Part shown: piece by piece, positions 1 through 14,319 of the stretch | Layout of the letters: each line of letters starts with the position of its first letter | Numbering within the stretch: the first letter of the stretch is position 1 | Source of the DNA: Dictyostelium discoideum | Taxonomy: Eukaryota | Assembly (NCBI GenBank): GCA_000004695.1 | Contig: CM000151.3 | Location: forward strand, 768,001 to 832,000 | DNA: 64,000 nt | Direction of reading: 5' to 3' | Position numbers and translations under genes: made by a program | The notes under the pieces: generated by a model | The model's database searches: none | What the model was told of the DNA's origin: nothing | Seen by the model: only the letters and a program-made list of their open reading frames with translations

Positions 1-273
1 ACCACCACCACCATAATTAATTTTTGGAGATTCTAAACATGATTCGGAAATATTATTATTTTCACTTGTAATAAAAACATTACCTTTAAATGAAAATTTA
101 ATTGAGTTCAAATATTCTTTGTTTTGAAATTCAAGAAACGATGATACCGTATCAAATGAAACTGGAAAATAATAAAAATTATATAACCTTAAAAATTCAA
201 TAATTTTATTTTTAATAACTATATTTCTCCATAGTTTGAAAAAAATAATAGAATTTTCCTTAACAATATTCAT
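1..273 (-). CDS. 5' part of an unidentified protein-coding gene running off the left window edge (Gly-rich, ...NYGGGG)
   Basis: The minus-strand frame is open from plus positions ~160 to 1, reading ...SFDTVSSFLEFQNKEYLNSIKFSFKGNVFITSENNNISESCLESPKINYGGGG. Third codon positions are A/T-biased. A candidate initiator ATG lies at 273..271 (MNIVKENSIIFFQTMEKY). It would be followed by a weak GTTATT donor and a ~58-nt AG-free intron ending at a ttccag acceptor, and the phases match. The 5' structure is uncertain. Confidence 0.3.
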   Translation of the reverse strand, partial: MNIVKENSIIFFKLWRNIVIKNKIIEFLRLYNFYYFPVSFDTVSSFLEFQNKEYLNSIKFSFKGNVFITSENNNISESCLESPKINYGGGG

Positions 274-1621
274 TTTATTATTATATTTATTTTTTGAATA
301 AAAAAAAAAAAATAAAAATAATCAAAAACAATTAAGAAAAAAAAAAAAAAAAAAAATTCAAAAAAAAAAATCAAAAACATTTAAGAAAAAATAGAAAAAA
401 AAAAAATTAGAAAAAAAAAAAATTAAGTATGAAACTTTAAAAAATGAGATAAAACAATTGAAAATTTAGGTATATGTTTTTTTTTGAATATTTATTAATA
501 ATAATTTATTTTAAATTGGAAATTGAAAAGGTTTTTTTTTTATTTTTTTTTTTTTTTTTATTATTTAATATAAATACATTGATTTTAATGAAAATTAATG
601 GAGTAGGTGTTGGGTAGTAATCTTTCAGTGGTGTATCTTTTAGATACTCATTTTGGTTTTATCTGATTGAATGTTGAAGTATTTTTGCCATTACCTTTGG
701 CCATCAGTGTAAGTCTTTTCAAAAATGTGCAAATGAATGAGATTGGTTATGAATGTTTAGACAACCATGGCTTTTGTGGATGACAGAATCGTTCTCTTGG
801 TACTATGATAGAAATTTTTGAAGATCAAGCTATAATAGGGTTTGCAAATGTATCTCATATCTGTGTTTGAAATTGGGGTGAGTTTGAGGTGAGACTACTG
901 AGGAGATTTTTTTTTTTTTTTTTTTTATTTTAATTTCACAAGGTAAAAAGAAATAAATGAATAATAAAAAAAAGGGATATATATAAAATGGGTAAAGCAA
1001 AAAAAAAAAATTAAAAATTAAAAACCAAAAATCAAAAAAAAATAATTAAAATTGTTTTAGGAAAAAATGAAAATAAAAATCAATTTTTCATTTTTACATA
1101 AAATTTATTAATGTTTTATTTTAATTTAAATAAATATAGTTAAAATTAGTTGTTTTTAATAAATTAATTAACTTCCTAATAATAAAAAATTATTGGTTTT
1201 TCATTTTTTTTTTTTTTTTTAAAAATCTATAACAAAACCCATATAATTAATTTTAATTGGTTGATTGTATAATTATCAAAAAAAAAAAAATAAAAAGTTT
1301 TAAAAATTTAATAAAAAAAAAATAATTTTAAACAAAAATAAAAAATAAAAAAATTAATAATTAAATAAAAATTATTAAATAGGAAATTCCTTCAAAAAAA
1401 AAAGAAAAAAAATTCATCATAATGATGTTTTTTTAAAGGCAAAAAAAAAAAAAAAAATTTTATTATTTGAATATATAAAAAAAATAATAAAAATAATAAT
1501 TAAATAAAAATCATAAAATAGGAACCACATTCAAATTTTAATTTCTATTGGCTCCACATAGAATAAATAAAGAAAATTTCCACTATTTACACAAATTTAA
1601 AAATAATTAAATAATTAAAAA

Positions 1622-1657
<36 letters not shown>

Positions 1658-2368
1658 TATAAGAATAAGAATAATAAAAAATAATGGTTGAAATTTTTTT
1701 AAAATAATGATTCAAACACCCCTCAAACACAACTAGTTCCTATTTAAGAAAATTCATTTAACAAAAAAAGAATTGTTTTACGGTGATTTAAACGTTTAGA
1801 AAAAAAAAAAAAAAAACAATTAAAACGAGAAACGGGTTAAAAAAATAAATAAAATTAAAAATAACAATATATATATATATTAAAAAAACACACACTCACA
1901 CACTAGTGTCTTTGAAATGGTTTTTTTTTAATTTTTTTTTGTATTTCTCAATAGAAATTTGAAATCACACTATCACATAAGATTATCATAGCTTTTAACA
2001 TTAAACATTGGGGGATAAGGGTGTTACCAATTTGATAAATTGTATAGGTGAGTGTTGAGTAAATTATTTAGTGGTTGTATATAAAAAGATGTTTTTGTTT
2101 GATTCATCATTAAATTAAATATTTATTTAATTATTTATTTATTTATTTATTTATTTTTATTATTTATAATTTTTTTTTTTTTTTATTTAAATTTTCAAGA
2201 CGCGCTTCTTTTTTTTTTGTATTTTTTAATATTTTTTTTTTATATTTTTGAAAAACTAAAAAGGAATTAAAAATATATAAATATATTTATTTATCAAAAA
2301 AAAGAAAAAAAAATATAACCCTTTTTTATTTAAAAGAAAAAAAAAAAAAAAAAAAAAACTTAATTAAA

Positions 2369-2414
2369 ATGAAAACTAATAATTTCTCTGATTTCTTTAA
2401 AAGTAATTATACTT

Positions 2415-2462
<48 letters not shown>

Positions 2463-2655
2463 AATCATTTTTTTTTTATTAGTGATAATTTTCAGAAAAA
2501 GAATTGAACCATCATATAAAGCAAACCAAAAAAGACCATTACTTAAAAGAACAAAGAATTTTATAAGAACAACTTCAAATATAGTTGATACATCTAGAAA
2601 ATTAGTTAGACAAAAAAGAAATTATGCATTTGATATGAATAATTTACTTTGGTAA
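2369..2655 (+). CDS. candidate small two-exon gene for a 69-aa K/R-rich basic protein (exons 2369..2402 and 2483..2655)
   Basis: Exon 1 is ATG AAA ACT AAT AAT TTC TCT GAT TTC TTT AAA A followed by a GTAATT donor. The 80-nt intron (2403..2482) is A-rich and has no internal AG. The acceptor is tattag, and A+TG completes an ATG codon. The downstream frame is open to TGG TAA at 2653..2655. The product is MKTNNFSDFFKMIIFRKRIEPSYKANQKRPLLKRTKNFIRTTSNIVDTSRKLVRQKRNYAFDMNNLLW, with Dictyostelium codon usage (AGA for Arg). No recognisable homolog. Confidence 0.3.
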
Positions 2656-2677
2656 CTAAAATAATATTTTTAATGAA

Positions 2678-2678
<1 letters not shown>

Positions 2679-2772
<94 letters not shown>
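2679..2772. repeat. (AAT)n microsatellite, ~31 units
   Basis: A perfect aat trinucleotide run is visible directly in the sequence. Confidence 0.95.
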
Positions 2773-2773
<1 letters not shown>

Positions 2774-2893
2774 CCGACTCGACTTGAATTTCCATTCGAA
2801 AAATAATTAAAATAAAAAAAAAAATAAAAAATTTTTAAAAAAAAAAAATAAAAAACACATATATATTTATTTATAATTTATTTATTTTAATAG

Positions 2894-2930
<37 letters not shown>

Positions 2931-3014
2931 AATAGTATTATTATTACTATTATTATTATTATGTTTTTTACTTTTTTTTAATTTTACTTTTTTTTTTTTT
3001 TTTTTTTTTTTAAT

Positions 3015-4141
<1,127 letters not shown>

Positions 4142-4200
4142 TTTTATTTTTATTATATTTTATTTTTATTTTTATTTCTTTTAAATTTAAATGGAGTTAT

Positions 4201-4235
<35 letters not shown>

Positions 4236-4551
4236 ATATAGAATGTATAGCTTCGAAGAAAAAAAAAAAAAAAAATAAAGTTTTTAGAGAAAGAAACTTT
4301 AACTAATTTTTTGTTTTTGATTTTTTATTTTTATTTATTTATTTATTTAGTTTATTTTTAATTTATTTTTAATTTTGGTAAATTTTTTTTTTTTTTTTTT
4401 TTTTTTTCAAAAAGCTTTCTGATTATAAAAACTCTATATTAAAGTAATAGTTAGTAATAGAAGAGTTTATATGAAAAAAAGTTATTGTGGTGAGTTATTA
4501 GTAAATAAATATATAAAATTATGTGTATGAATGGGTGAACAAACAAATTTT

Positions 4552-4590
<39 letters not shown>

Positions 4591-5061
4591 ATATAAAAAA
4601 AAAAAAATGAAAAAATTATTTTTTTGTGTTTTTTTTTTATTTTTTTTTTGAAATTTCTTGATACTATTTTTGGATCTGTTTTGTAAAATTTGTGATCATT
4701 GAAAAAGGAGATATTTTTTATTTTTTTTTATTTCCAAATATTTAATTTTTTAAGTTATCTATACACTGTAATCATAATAAGATTTTTTTTTTTTTTTTTT
4801 TTTTCTGATTAACAGGAGGAGGATACTACCAAATTTAGCTAAATTACCAAAAATAAAAACGGACTTAAAAAATGAAGTTAGGGATTTAAAAAAACAACTA
4901 ACACAACAACAATAGAACAATTGAAATATTAAAATATGATATGGTGAAATTAATTTTAGGCTATTCAATTTTATATCCAATACATTTATAATGGTATTAA
5001 CTTTAAACTTTATTATTTTAAAAAAAAAAAAAAACAATAAACTTTTATTTATTTATTATTT

Positions 5062-6417
5062 TCAAGTATCTGAAATAATTTCATTTTCATTATTTTTTTT
5101 TGTGGATATTGAAATATTTGATGATTCTTGTTCTTGTTCTTGTTCAATATCATTTTCAACTTCATATTCATCCTCATGATCTTCATCTTCACCTTCACCT
5201 TCATATTCATGATCTTCATCTTCATGATGTTCATATTCATCATTGTTTTCACTATCATGGCCATGTCCCTCCTTAATTCCTTCAATTGGAAGAGCTAGTT
5301 CATTTGTTAAATCATTATTTGATGGTGGATTAAATACAACACTTTCTTGTTTACTTTTACTAAATAAACCAATTGGTTTTATAGAATTTGGTCTTTTCTT
5401 TTTCTCTGATTGATTTCTATTTTTATTTTTATTTTTATTTTTATTTGAATTGGAATGGTCAGAACCATCAGAAGAATCATCATCATCATCATCACAATCT
5501 TTTTTATCCAATGAAAAACTTGATGATTTTGCAAATGTTTGATTTAATCCTAGACCTTGAGTTGTAATAAAATAAATTTTATCACCAAATAATAAACCTA
5601 TACTAATGGCGGTAGTAGTTACAGAGCATATACAAATTATAGTCTCTAGAGATGCAATCGGTTGTGGTGATGATGCTGATGATGATGATGAAGATGGTGC
5701 AATTAATAATATTATAGTGAAAATACAAAATAAAATTATAAATACACTAGTAGTAATTGGTTTTGATTCATTAAATTCTTCAATATCAACCAATTTGATT
5801 TTAAATGAAATAAAACATGTACCTAATAATTTTAAACCATGGAATGCTAACAATATATACAATGCGATCGAACCTTGATCATTATTCGTACAAACATTTG
5901 TATATTGATAAAATGATGTTCCTATTATTCTAGACTCCGATTTAATATCACCCAAACCTTGCCATAATGCTAATATCAATACATCAACCACTAATATACC
6001 AGCTACCCATGGATACAATTTCCAATTTGTAATTGAACGTTTTCTTAATTTTTTATTATCAAATAATAACCAAACTCTCCAATTCTTTATCAATAAACTA
6101 CCCAAGAAAATTGTATAACCAATACTTAATAGCCAAACTCTACCTTGACAAGTTTTATCTGTTGCTGGTTGTGAAAATAAAATACAACCAGTGAAAATAA
6201 CTATACATCCAAATAAAATTAACAATAAAAATGATGGGCTTGATGATTTTAAAATTCTTGCATTTCTAAGTACTGTAATAAAAATCATTCCCAAAACACA
6301 AATAAATATACAAAATATTGATACACTTAGTATACTAATTTTAATTGAATTTGAATAACTATCAACCTATATTAATTAATAAATATTAATATGTAATCAT
6401 ATTATTATTATTATTAA

Positions 6418-6475
<58 letters not shown>

Positions 6476-7760
6476 ATTATTATTATTATTATTATTATTA
6501 TTAAAACTTACAAATTCTAATATTTCTTTATTATCAATAATTTTTATATTTGAAGCATTTAAAAGGTGTGAATTTGAGAATTGTTCATTTGTAATACAAC
6601 CATTTGTTTGTTTTTGATTGTAGATATTATTAAATAAATTATTACATAAATGAGGGAAATAATAATTTGTTGAATGATTTTTTAGTTTATTTATTTCATC
6701 ATTAATTTGTTTTTGATAAATTTTTGGAATGAAATTATAATTTATTATTGGTTCAATTTCTGGGGTAAAATTAGTTGTTCCATTTAATCTTGAAAAACTA
6801 GTTATATAAATTATATCATAATCTACCCAACTACCATTAATTATAGTATTGGTTATATCTATTAATAGTTGAGACCATTCTAATTTAAAAGAGAATGGAA
6901 ATTTATCATTATAAATTTTTGAATATTCAAAACCTGTTAAACCCAATCCAATACCACCATTATCAATTACTGCCAATTGAATAGAATTATCATCTTGATC
7001 ACTTCCAATGAAATCTACACCTTTTGAAATTAATAATTTCGAAATTTTATATGATATTTTTTTATTATTATTTTGATTATTAAAATTATTTGAGCATACT
7101 AAAAATGTAATATTTGGATTACTATTAATTGCTCCAATATAAAATGCGTTTGTTAATCTTTGATAATCTGTTTCAATATTTTTTGTTGAAATAAATCCAA
7201 TTTTACCAGTCTTTGAAATTAAACTTGAAATGAATCCCAAATAATAAAAAGATAGGTCACTATTTATATTCAATATTTTCACTCTTGGTAAATCATCAGG
7301 TATTGGTCTTTCATTATCATTTCCTTTTATTAACCAAAATATTTCTTTATTTTTATACAAACGTGAATAATTAATTATAAAATTTGAATGTGAGTTAATT
7401 GTAGAAATTAAAAAATTGCTTCCTTTATTAATTGATTCAATAATTGCATTATTTATTGCCTAATATTATGTTTTGGGTGTGTGGTGTGAGAAATAAAAAA
7501 AATTAGTGAAAATATGAAAAAAAGCGAAAAAAAAAAAAAACAAAAACACTTACATTTTGATTATTTTCCAAATTAGTAAAAACAATTGAATTTATATTTA
7601 AATTTTTTTCAACTTGTGTCCTTGCATAATTAAACATATAATTAACTCCAATATCATTATAATCACCTGATAGTAACAATGATATTTTACAAATATTTTT
7701 GTTTGAAAGTGCACCAACAACACAGTTCAAAATTAAAATCAAAAAAAACACTTTTTTCAT
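5062..7760 (-). CDS. class C (metabotropic glutamate/GABA-B-like) GPCR with an N-terminal Bmp/PnrA-like periplasmic-binding domain, Grl-family member A; exons 7554..7760, 6512..7459, 5062..6366
   Basis: Exon 1 encodes a signal peptide (MKKVFFLILILNCVVGALS) plus ...KISLLLSGDYNDIGVNYMFNYA, the Bmp-family GxxGDxGFN motif. Exon 2 continues the Bmp fold, and exon 3 encodes 7 TM helices with family-3 motifs (RVWLLSIGYTIFLGSLLIKNWRVWLLF...NWKLYPW). Introns: 7460..7553 (GTAAGT...AG) and 6367..6511 (GTAAGT, contains (ATT)n, acceptor atag|GTTGAT). Exon lengths give 207 + 948 + 1305 nt, all in frame. The C-tail is acidic and His-rich. Confidence 0.85.
6401..6503. repeat. (ATT)n imperfect microsatellite within the second intron of GPCR gene A
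   Basis: Seen in the sequence. The ORF track reads it as poly-N, but it lies downstream of the GAA TTT|GTAAGT donor, so it is intronic. Confidence 0.85.
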
Positions 7761-8317
7761 TTTTAATTCTATTATTTTAATATTAATTTTTATGGTTTGC
7801 TTAAAAGCATTGTATTTTTATTATTCATAATAAAAAAAACAAAAATGGTCTTGGTGTTATTATCAAAATAAAAAAAAAAAAATAAAAAAAAAAAATATTA
7901 TTATTATATTATTATAAAATAAAATTTTAAATTTAAATTTTTTAAAAAAAAAAAAAACAAAAAAGTACAAAACAAAACAAAACAAAAAAAATTGGATTTG
8001 TCATTACAATAATATGTAAAGGTATTAAAATCCATTTTTTATCTTTTTGATTGGTTTAAATTTATTTTTGGCCAAAAAAATCAATTTCATGAAAAATTAA
8101 TGAAAAAAAAAATAAAAAAAAAAATAAATAAAAAATTCTTTTTGTTTTTTTTGAAAAAAAAAGTGTATAAAAGATTATATATTTGATTACCCACCCTTTA
8201 TTATTATTATTATTATTATTTTTATTATTTAATTTTATTTTATTTTTTAACCATGTATATATAAATTCTATAAAATTTTTTTTTTTATTTTTATTTTTTT
8301 TTTTTTTTTTTTTTTTA

Positions 8318-10661
8318 TTAAAGGTTATTAGAATCAATTTCAACTTCACCGTTTAATTGATTTGATAATCTTTTTGATTGAATTACTGATACATTATTTT
8401 CTTCAATGTTTTCTTCTGGTTGTATGATATCTTCATTACTTCCAGCAATTTGTTCATCTTTTTCTTCATCAATTTGTTGAGTTTCATTTTCATCATCTTC
8501 AGTATCACTACTGAAATGAGCCAAAACACTTTGTTGAGTTACGACTATTGCTTTTTTACCATTTTCTTCTGATGATTCTGAATCATCTTCTTCGCCAGTT
8601 TTCTTTTTCTCTAATGATTGTGAGAAACTTGATGATTTTGAACTTGAAGCGAATGTTTGATTTAATGCGGCACCTTGAGTTATCATCTTGTAGAATTTAC
8701 TGCCAAATAGTAATATTATACTAATTAAAGTTGTAACAATTGCACAAACACAAATTGTTGTAACTTGACTTGTAACTGATTGTGGTGATACCATTAATGG
8801 AATAACAATGAATAAACAAAATGTAATGATATAAACACTTGATGCGATTGGTTTTGATTCATTAAATTCATCAATATCTACAACTTTAATTTTAAATGAA
8901 ATAAAACATGCCACTAGTAATTTAATACCATGAAATACCAATAATATATATAACGCAATTGAACCTTGATCATTACTTGAACAAACATTTGTATATTGAT
9001 ACTTTGTTAATGAATCAATACCAATTCTAGACTCTGATCTAATATTACCCAAACCTTGCCAAAATGCTAATATCAATACATCAGCAGCTAATATACCAGC
9101 TACCCATGGATACAATTTCCAATTTGTTATTGAACGTTTCTTTAATTTTGGATTATCAAATAGTAACCAAATTCTCCAATTCTTTACTAATAAACTACCC
9201 AAGAAAATAGTGTAACCAATACTTAATAACCAAACTCTTGCTCTACAAGTTCCTTCATTTGGTGATTGTGAAAATATAATACAACCAATAAATATTAAAA
9301 TACACCCCATTAAAATTAAAAATAAAAATGCAGGACTTGCTGATTTTATAATTCTTGCAGTTCTAAATACCAATACTATAATAATTGATATAATACATAA
9401 AAATATACAAATTGATGATGTAATTGTAATACCCAATTTCATTGAACTTGAATAATCAACCTATTATAATATAAATAAAAAAAATTTAATTATTATTTGT
9501 TTTTTTTTTTTTTTTTTTTTTTTTCACAAAACTTACAAATTCAATTGGAATTGTATAAGTTCCAAAACTAATTGTTTTTGAATATTTATCACCTTTTAAA
9601 ACTTGTTGATTTTTTTCAAATTCATTATATGAAATACAACCATTAACATCTAATTTATATCCGAGGTCAATGTACATTGGATTACATCTAAATGGGTTGA
9701 AATCATCATTTTTTAAAATTTCAATTTCATTATTTACTAAATCTCTAATTGATTGTGGTACAAGATAACTATATTCATCAAATAATAATGAACCACCAGG
9801 ATTTAATGAAGTTTTATAGTAATCACTGTCTGGCCAAGTATCATTTATGACATGAGAAGCATATTTTACAAATACATCAGTCCAATCGGTGATATAGGAT
9901 AAACCGATATTTGCACTACCATAAATTAAACGAGTTGGATAACCAGTTACACCTAATCCTAGACTACCACTATCAATAACTGCTTTTTGAACAGACATAT
10001 CATCTTGAGACATACCAAGGAAATCAGCACCATTTGAAATTAACATCTCTGCCGCTTTATATGCAACCTCTGGGTTAAACCAGGAACCAGTGAATGTTGT
10101 CACAAAAGTAATGTTTGATCTTGCTTCTTTTGCACCCAAATAAAATGCATTACCATTTGATGCTATATATGCACCGGGGCTTACAAATCCAACAACTCCG
10201 GTTTTTGACATTTTACCAGCGAAATAACCAAGTGTGAAATGAGCACGATCAGTATTAAAATCCAAAACTGCAACTTTTGGTAAATAATCAACTGGTCTTG
10301 CAGATGTTTTTATAATCCAATAGATATCGGAATCTTTATATAGTTTAGCATATTTGAGTCCCATTTCAGTTTGACCACTTGATGCAACAACAATTAAATT
10401 TGCGCCTTGAGCAATAGCATCTTTAAATGAAGCTTCGGAAAGTTCTTCAGATTCATCCAAATTTTTATAATATAATGAAAAATCAGATAATTTTAATATT
10501 GATTCTGCCTTTACTCTTGCTTCATTAAATTGATAATTATATCCAAGATCTGAAAAGTCACCACTTAATAATACAGCTATTTTACAATTTTTTGATTTAA
10601 CAAATTTTGAATAATTAAAAAAAATTAAAATTAAAAGAATAATTGAAATTAAATTTTTCAT
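8318..10661 (-). CDS. class C GPCR with Bmp/PnrA-like extracellular domain, Grl-family member B; exons 9537..10661 and 8318..9460
   Basis: Signal peptide MKNLISIILLILIFF. Bmp motif KIAVLLSGDFSDLGYNYQFNEA. The donor is ...IPIEF|gtaagt, the intron (9461..9536, 76 nt) is poly-T rich, and the acceptor is aatag|GTTGATTATTCAAGTTCA ATG. The 7TM exon is about 90% identical to gene C. Both exons are multiples of 3 nt, in phase 0. Confidence 0.88.
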
Positions 10662-10795
10662 TTTATTTGAACTTTTTTTTTTTTTTTTATATATATTTAA
10701 ATTCTTTTATTTTTAATTTATTTTTATTATATTTATTTTTAGTTTTATATAAAATGATTTTGATTTTTAAAAGAATGTTTATTTTAGTTTTTTAA

Positions 10796-10831
<36 letters not shown>

Positions 10832-11737
10832 TAATATTGTAATGATACAAATTTAATTTTATCAGAAATTTATATCTTTTAAAAATTATATAAATAATTT
10901 CTATTTATAAAACAAAGGGAAGTAAAAAAAAATAAAAGAAAAAAAGAAAAATAAAAAATAAAAAAAGACTAAGGTTATTTTTTTTTTTTTTTTTTTTTTT
11001 TGCTATGCAAAAACTATTAAGAACAAATATTAAAAAAAAAAAAAATTAGCAAATTTCTTTTTGCAGCGACAAACGAATTACATCTCTCTGCTGTGATTAA
11101 AAAATTGTAATGACTTGATTGGGTGAGCAAAATTTTAAAGTCCCCAATAAATTTGAAATTCAATCAATTTGATCATAGCAGTTTAAAAAACTGTTTTTGT
11201 ATTTGCCAAACGTAATTTTGAAAAATCTCGAAATAATTCAAAAAAAAAATTTGTCTAAAAAATTAAAAAATATCTAATCTTGATTGGTTTTCTCAAAAAC
11301 TTATCGTCGAAAATAAAAAAAAAAATAAAAAAAAAAAAAATTCTTAAAAACTATTATTATAACAGAGTTTTTGTTTTTAAATTTTTTTTTTTTTTTTTAA
11401 AAAAAAAACAAACTTTTTGATTTTTATTATTTTCCAACCTAAATTCGTTCAAAAAAATATCTTTTTTTTTTTTTAACATATCATATGAGACAAAAAAAAA
11501 AAAAAAAAACAGTTTTCGGCCTTTGGTTCGAATAAACTGTTTAAAATATCATAATAAAAATAATTAAAAAAAAACGAAAACAAAAAAAAAAAAAAAAGAA
11601 GAAAATAAAAAATAGATAAAAATAAAACAATTTATTATTTTTAAAAAAAAAAAAAAAAAATTAATACTATATATTGTTTTATTATTTTTTTGGTTCTATA
11701 AAAATTTCTTCACTTTTTTTTTTTTTTTTTTTTATAA

Positions 11738-14211
11738 TTATACATCATCTGGATCGATTTCAGATTGATTAAAATTTTTTGATAATCTTTTCTTTTGTAT
11801 TATTGATTGATTTTCATTATCTTTTTCTAAATTTTCATCTTTTTCTAAATTTTCATCTTTTTCTAAATTTTCATCTTTTTCCAACTTTTCTACTTTTTGA
11901 CAATCTTCAACTATATTATTTTGATTATTTTGATTATTTTCAATTTCATTTTCATCATTTTGATTTTCTAAATCAAGTTTTGAATCTTGTTCAGCACTTG
12001 TACAACTATCACTACTGAAATGAGCTAATCTCGAATGATTATGTTGAAGATTAGGAATTTCACTATTTGAATAGTTTTTAATTTGTGGTAATTTCTCTTC
12101 AGATTCATCAGAATCTTCAAATTCTAAACCATTTGATTTTGATTTTTGTTTCTCTAATGAAAGTGAGAAACTTGATGATTTTGTATTTGTTGCAAATGTT
12201 TGATTCAATGCAAGACCTTGTGTTGCCATCATATAAAACTTACTACCAAACAATAGTGATATACTAATTAAAGTTGTAACAATTGCACATACTACAATGG
12301 TTATCACTTGACTTGCAACTGATTGTGGTGATACCATTAATGGAATAACAATGAATAAACAAAATGTAATGATATAAATACTCGATGCGATTGGTTTTGA
12401 TTCATTAAATTCTTCAATATCAACAGCTTTGATTTTAAATGAAATAAAACATGCTGCCAATAATTTAATACCATGAAAAACCAATAATATATATAACGCA
12501 ACTGAACCTTGATCATTACTTGAACAAACATTAGCATATTGATACTTTGTTAATGAATCAATACCAATTCTAGATTCTGATCTTATATCACCCAAACCTT
12601 GCCATAATGCTAAAATCAATACATCAGCAGCTAATATACCAGCTACAAATGGATACAATTTCCAATTTGTTATTGAACGTTTCTTTAATTTTGGATTATC
12701 AAATAGTAACCAAATTCTCCAATTCTTTACTAACAAACTACCCAAGAAAATTGTATAACCAATACTTAATAACCAAACTCTAGCACCACAAATACCATCA
12801 GTTGGTGATAGTGAAAATATAATACAACCAGAAAAAATAATAATACAACCAAATAAAATCAATAAACAAAATATTGGACTTGCTGATTTAATTATTTTTG
12901 CATGTCTAAACATTATTACTAACACCATTGATATAATACAAAACAAAATACAAAATCCAGAAACAATTGTTAATCCAAGTTTCATTGAATTTGAATAATC
13001 AACCTATATCATAAAATTAAAATAAAAAATATTAATATTTCAAATTTAATATTGTTTTTATTTTAATTTTTCACACTTACAAATTCAATTGGAATTGTAT
13101 ATAAACCAAGATTAATAGTTTTTGAAATATCAGTACCTTTTAATAATAATTTAGTATTTTTAAATTCCATATCATTTGCACAACCATTTGAATCAAAATT
13201 TAAATTAATTTGACTATACATTGGATTACATCTAAATGGTTGATAGGAACTATTTTTTAATTTTTCAATTTCAAGAGAAACAAGTTTTTGAACTTCAGAT
13301 GGAACACGATAACTAAATGTATCGAATAGCAAAGAACCACCCTCAGCTAATGTTGTATAGTAGTCAGTGTATTCTGGCCAGGTATCATTTAAGATATGGC
13401 CAGCGTATTTAATGAAAACATCACTCCAATCTGTGATATAGGAAAGAGCGATATCACTACCCCAAATTAAACGATTTGAAAAACCGGTAATGCCCAATGC
13501 CATTTTACCACTATCCATCAACGCCTTTTGAACAGACATATCATCTTGTGACATACCGATGAAATCTGCTCCATTGGAAATTAACATTTGTGATGCTTTA
13601 TATGCAACCTCTGGATTATACCATGAGCCAGTGTATGCATTTAAAAATGTTACATTTTTTCTTGATGCCAATGCACCCAAATAAAAACTATTGGAATTGG
13701 CAAGTGCCAATATTTGAGGACCTGGCGAAATAAACCCAACTGTACCACTGGTTGTTAAATATCCAGATACAAGACCAAGTGTATAATGTAAAAGATGAGT
13801 ATTAAAATTTATAACAGCAACTTTTGGTAAATCATCTGGAACCGGTCTGCCTCTACCTCTAATTAACCAATAGATATCTTTATCTCTATGTAATCTTGCA
13901 TATTCATAACCGATACTTGTATGAACACTTGATGAAATGACAATGAAATTTGCACCTTTTTTAATTGAATCTTCAATTGCTTGTTTGGCCAAATCAATTG
14001 ATACTTCAAGATTTTTATAACACAACGACATCTCCAAATTCAACGCTGATTCTGCTTTAATTCTCGCATTATTCATTTGATAATTATATCCCATATCACT
14101 CCAATCACCACTTAATAATACTGATATTTTACATTGTTTTAATGAATTTATATATTTTAAATTAAATAAAAATGTAATAAATAAAATAATTAAAAATTTT
14201 AATTTATTCAT
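11738..14211 (-). CDS. class C GPCR with Bmp/PnrA-like extracellular domain, Grl-family member C; exons 13081..14211 and 11738..13003
   Basis: Signal peptide MNKLKFLIILFITFLF. Bmp motif KISVLLSGDWSDMGYNYQMNNA. Donor ...IPIEF|gtaagtgtg. The 77-nt intron is 13004..13080, and the acceptor is atatag|GTTGATTATTCAAATTCA ATG. The 7TM domain is nearly identical to gene B. The C-tail carries a (LEKDEN)4 repeat. Confidence 0.88.
11815..11900. repeat. 21-bp tandem repeat (~4 copies) encoding the LEKDEN x4 repeat in the C-terminal tail of GPCR gene C
   Basis: The plus strand shows tctaaattttcatctttttc repeated. On the minus strand this translates to ...KLEKDENLEKDENLEKDENLEKDNEN. Confidence 0.8.
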
Positions 14212-14260
14212 TTTATTTTTATTTTTATTTTTATTTTATGAATTTATAATTATTTTATTT

Positions 14261-14319
<59 letters not shown>

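Noticed and set aside
6386-6511. Poly-N C-terminal extension of ORF 6386..7360 (NNNNNNN...MITY)
   Set aside because: It lies downstream of a consensus GAA TTT|GTAAGT donor and upstream of the atag acceptor of the 7TM exon. It is the intron's (ATT)n array read through.
11505-11545. tRNA-like T-loop string GGTTCGAAT at ~11525
   Set aside because: No acceptor stem, D-loop or anticodon arm, and the surrounding sequence is AT-rich. It is only an 8-bp inverted repeat (aacagttt/aaactgtt) in the intergenic spacer.
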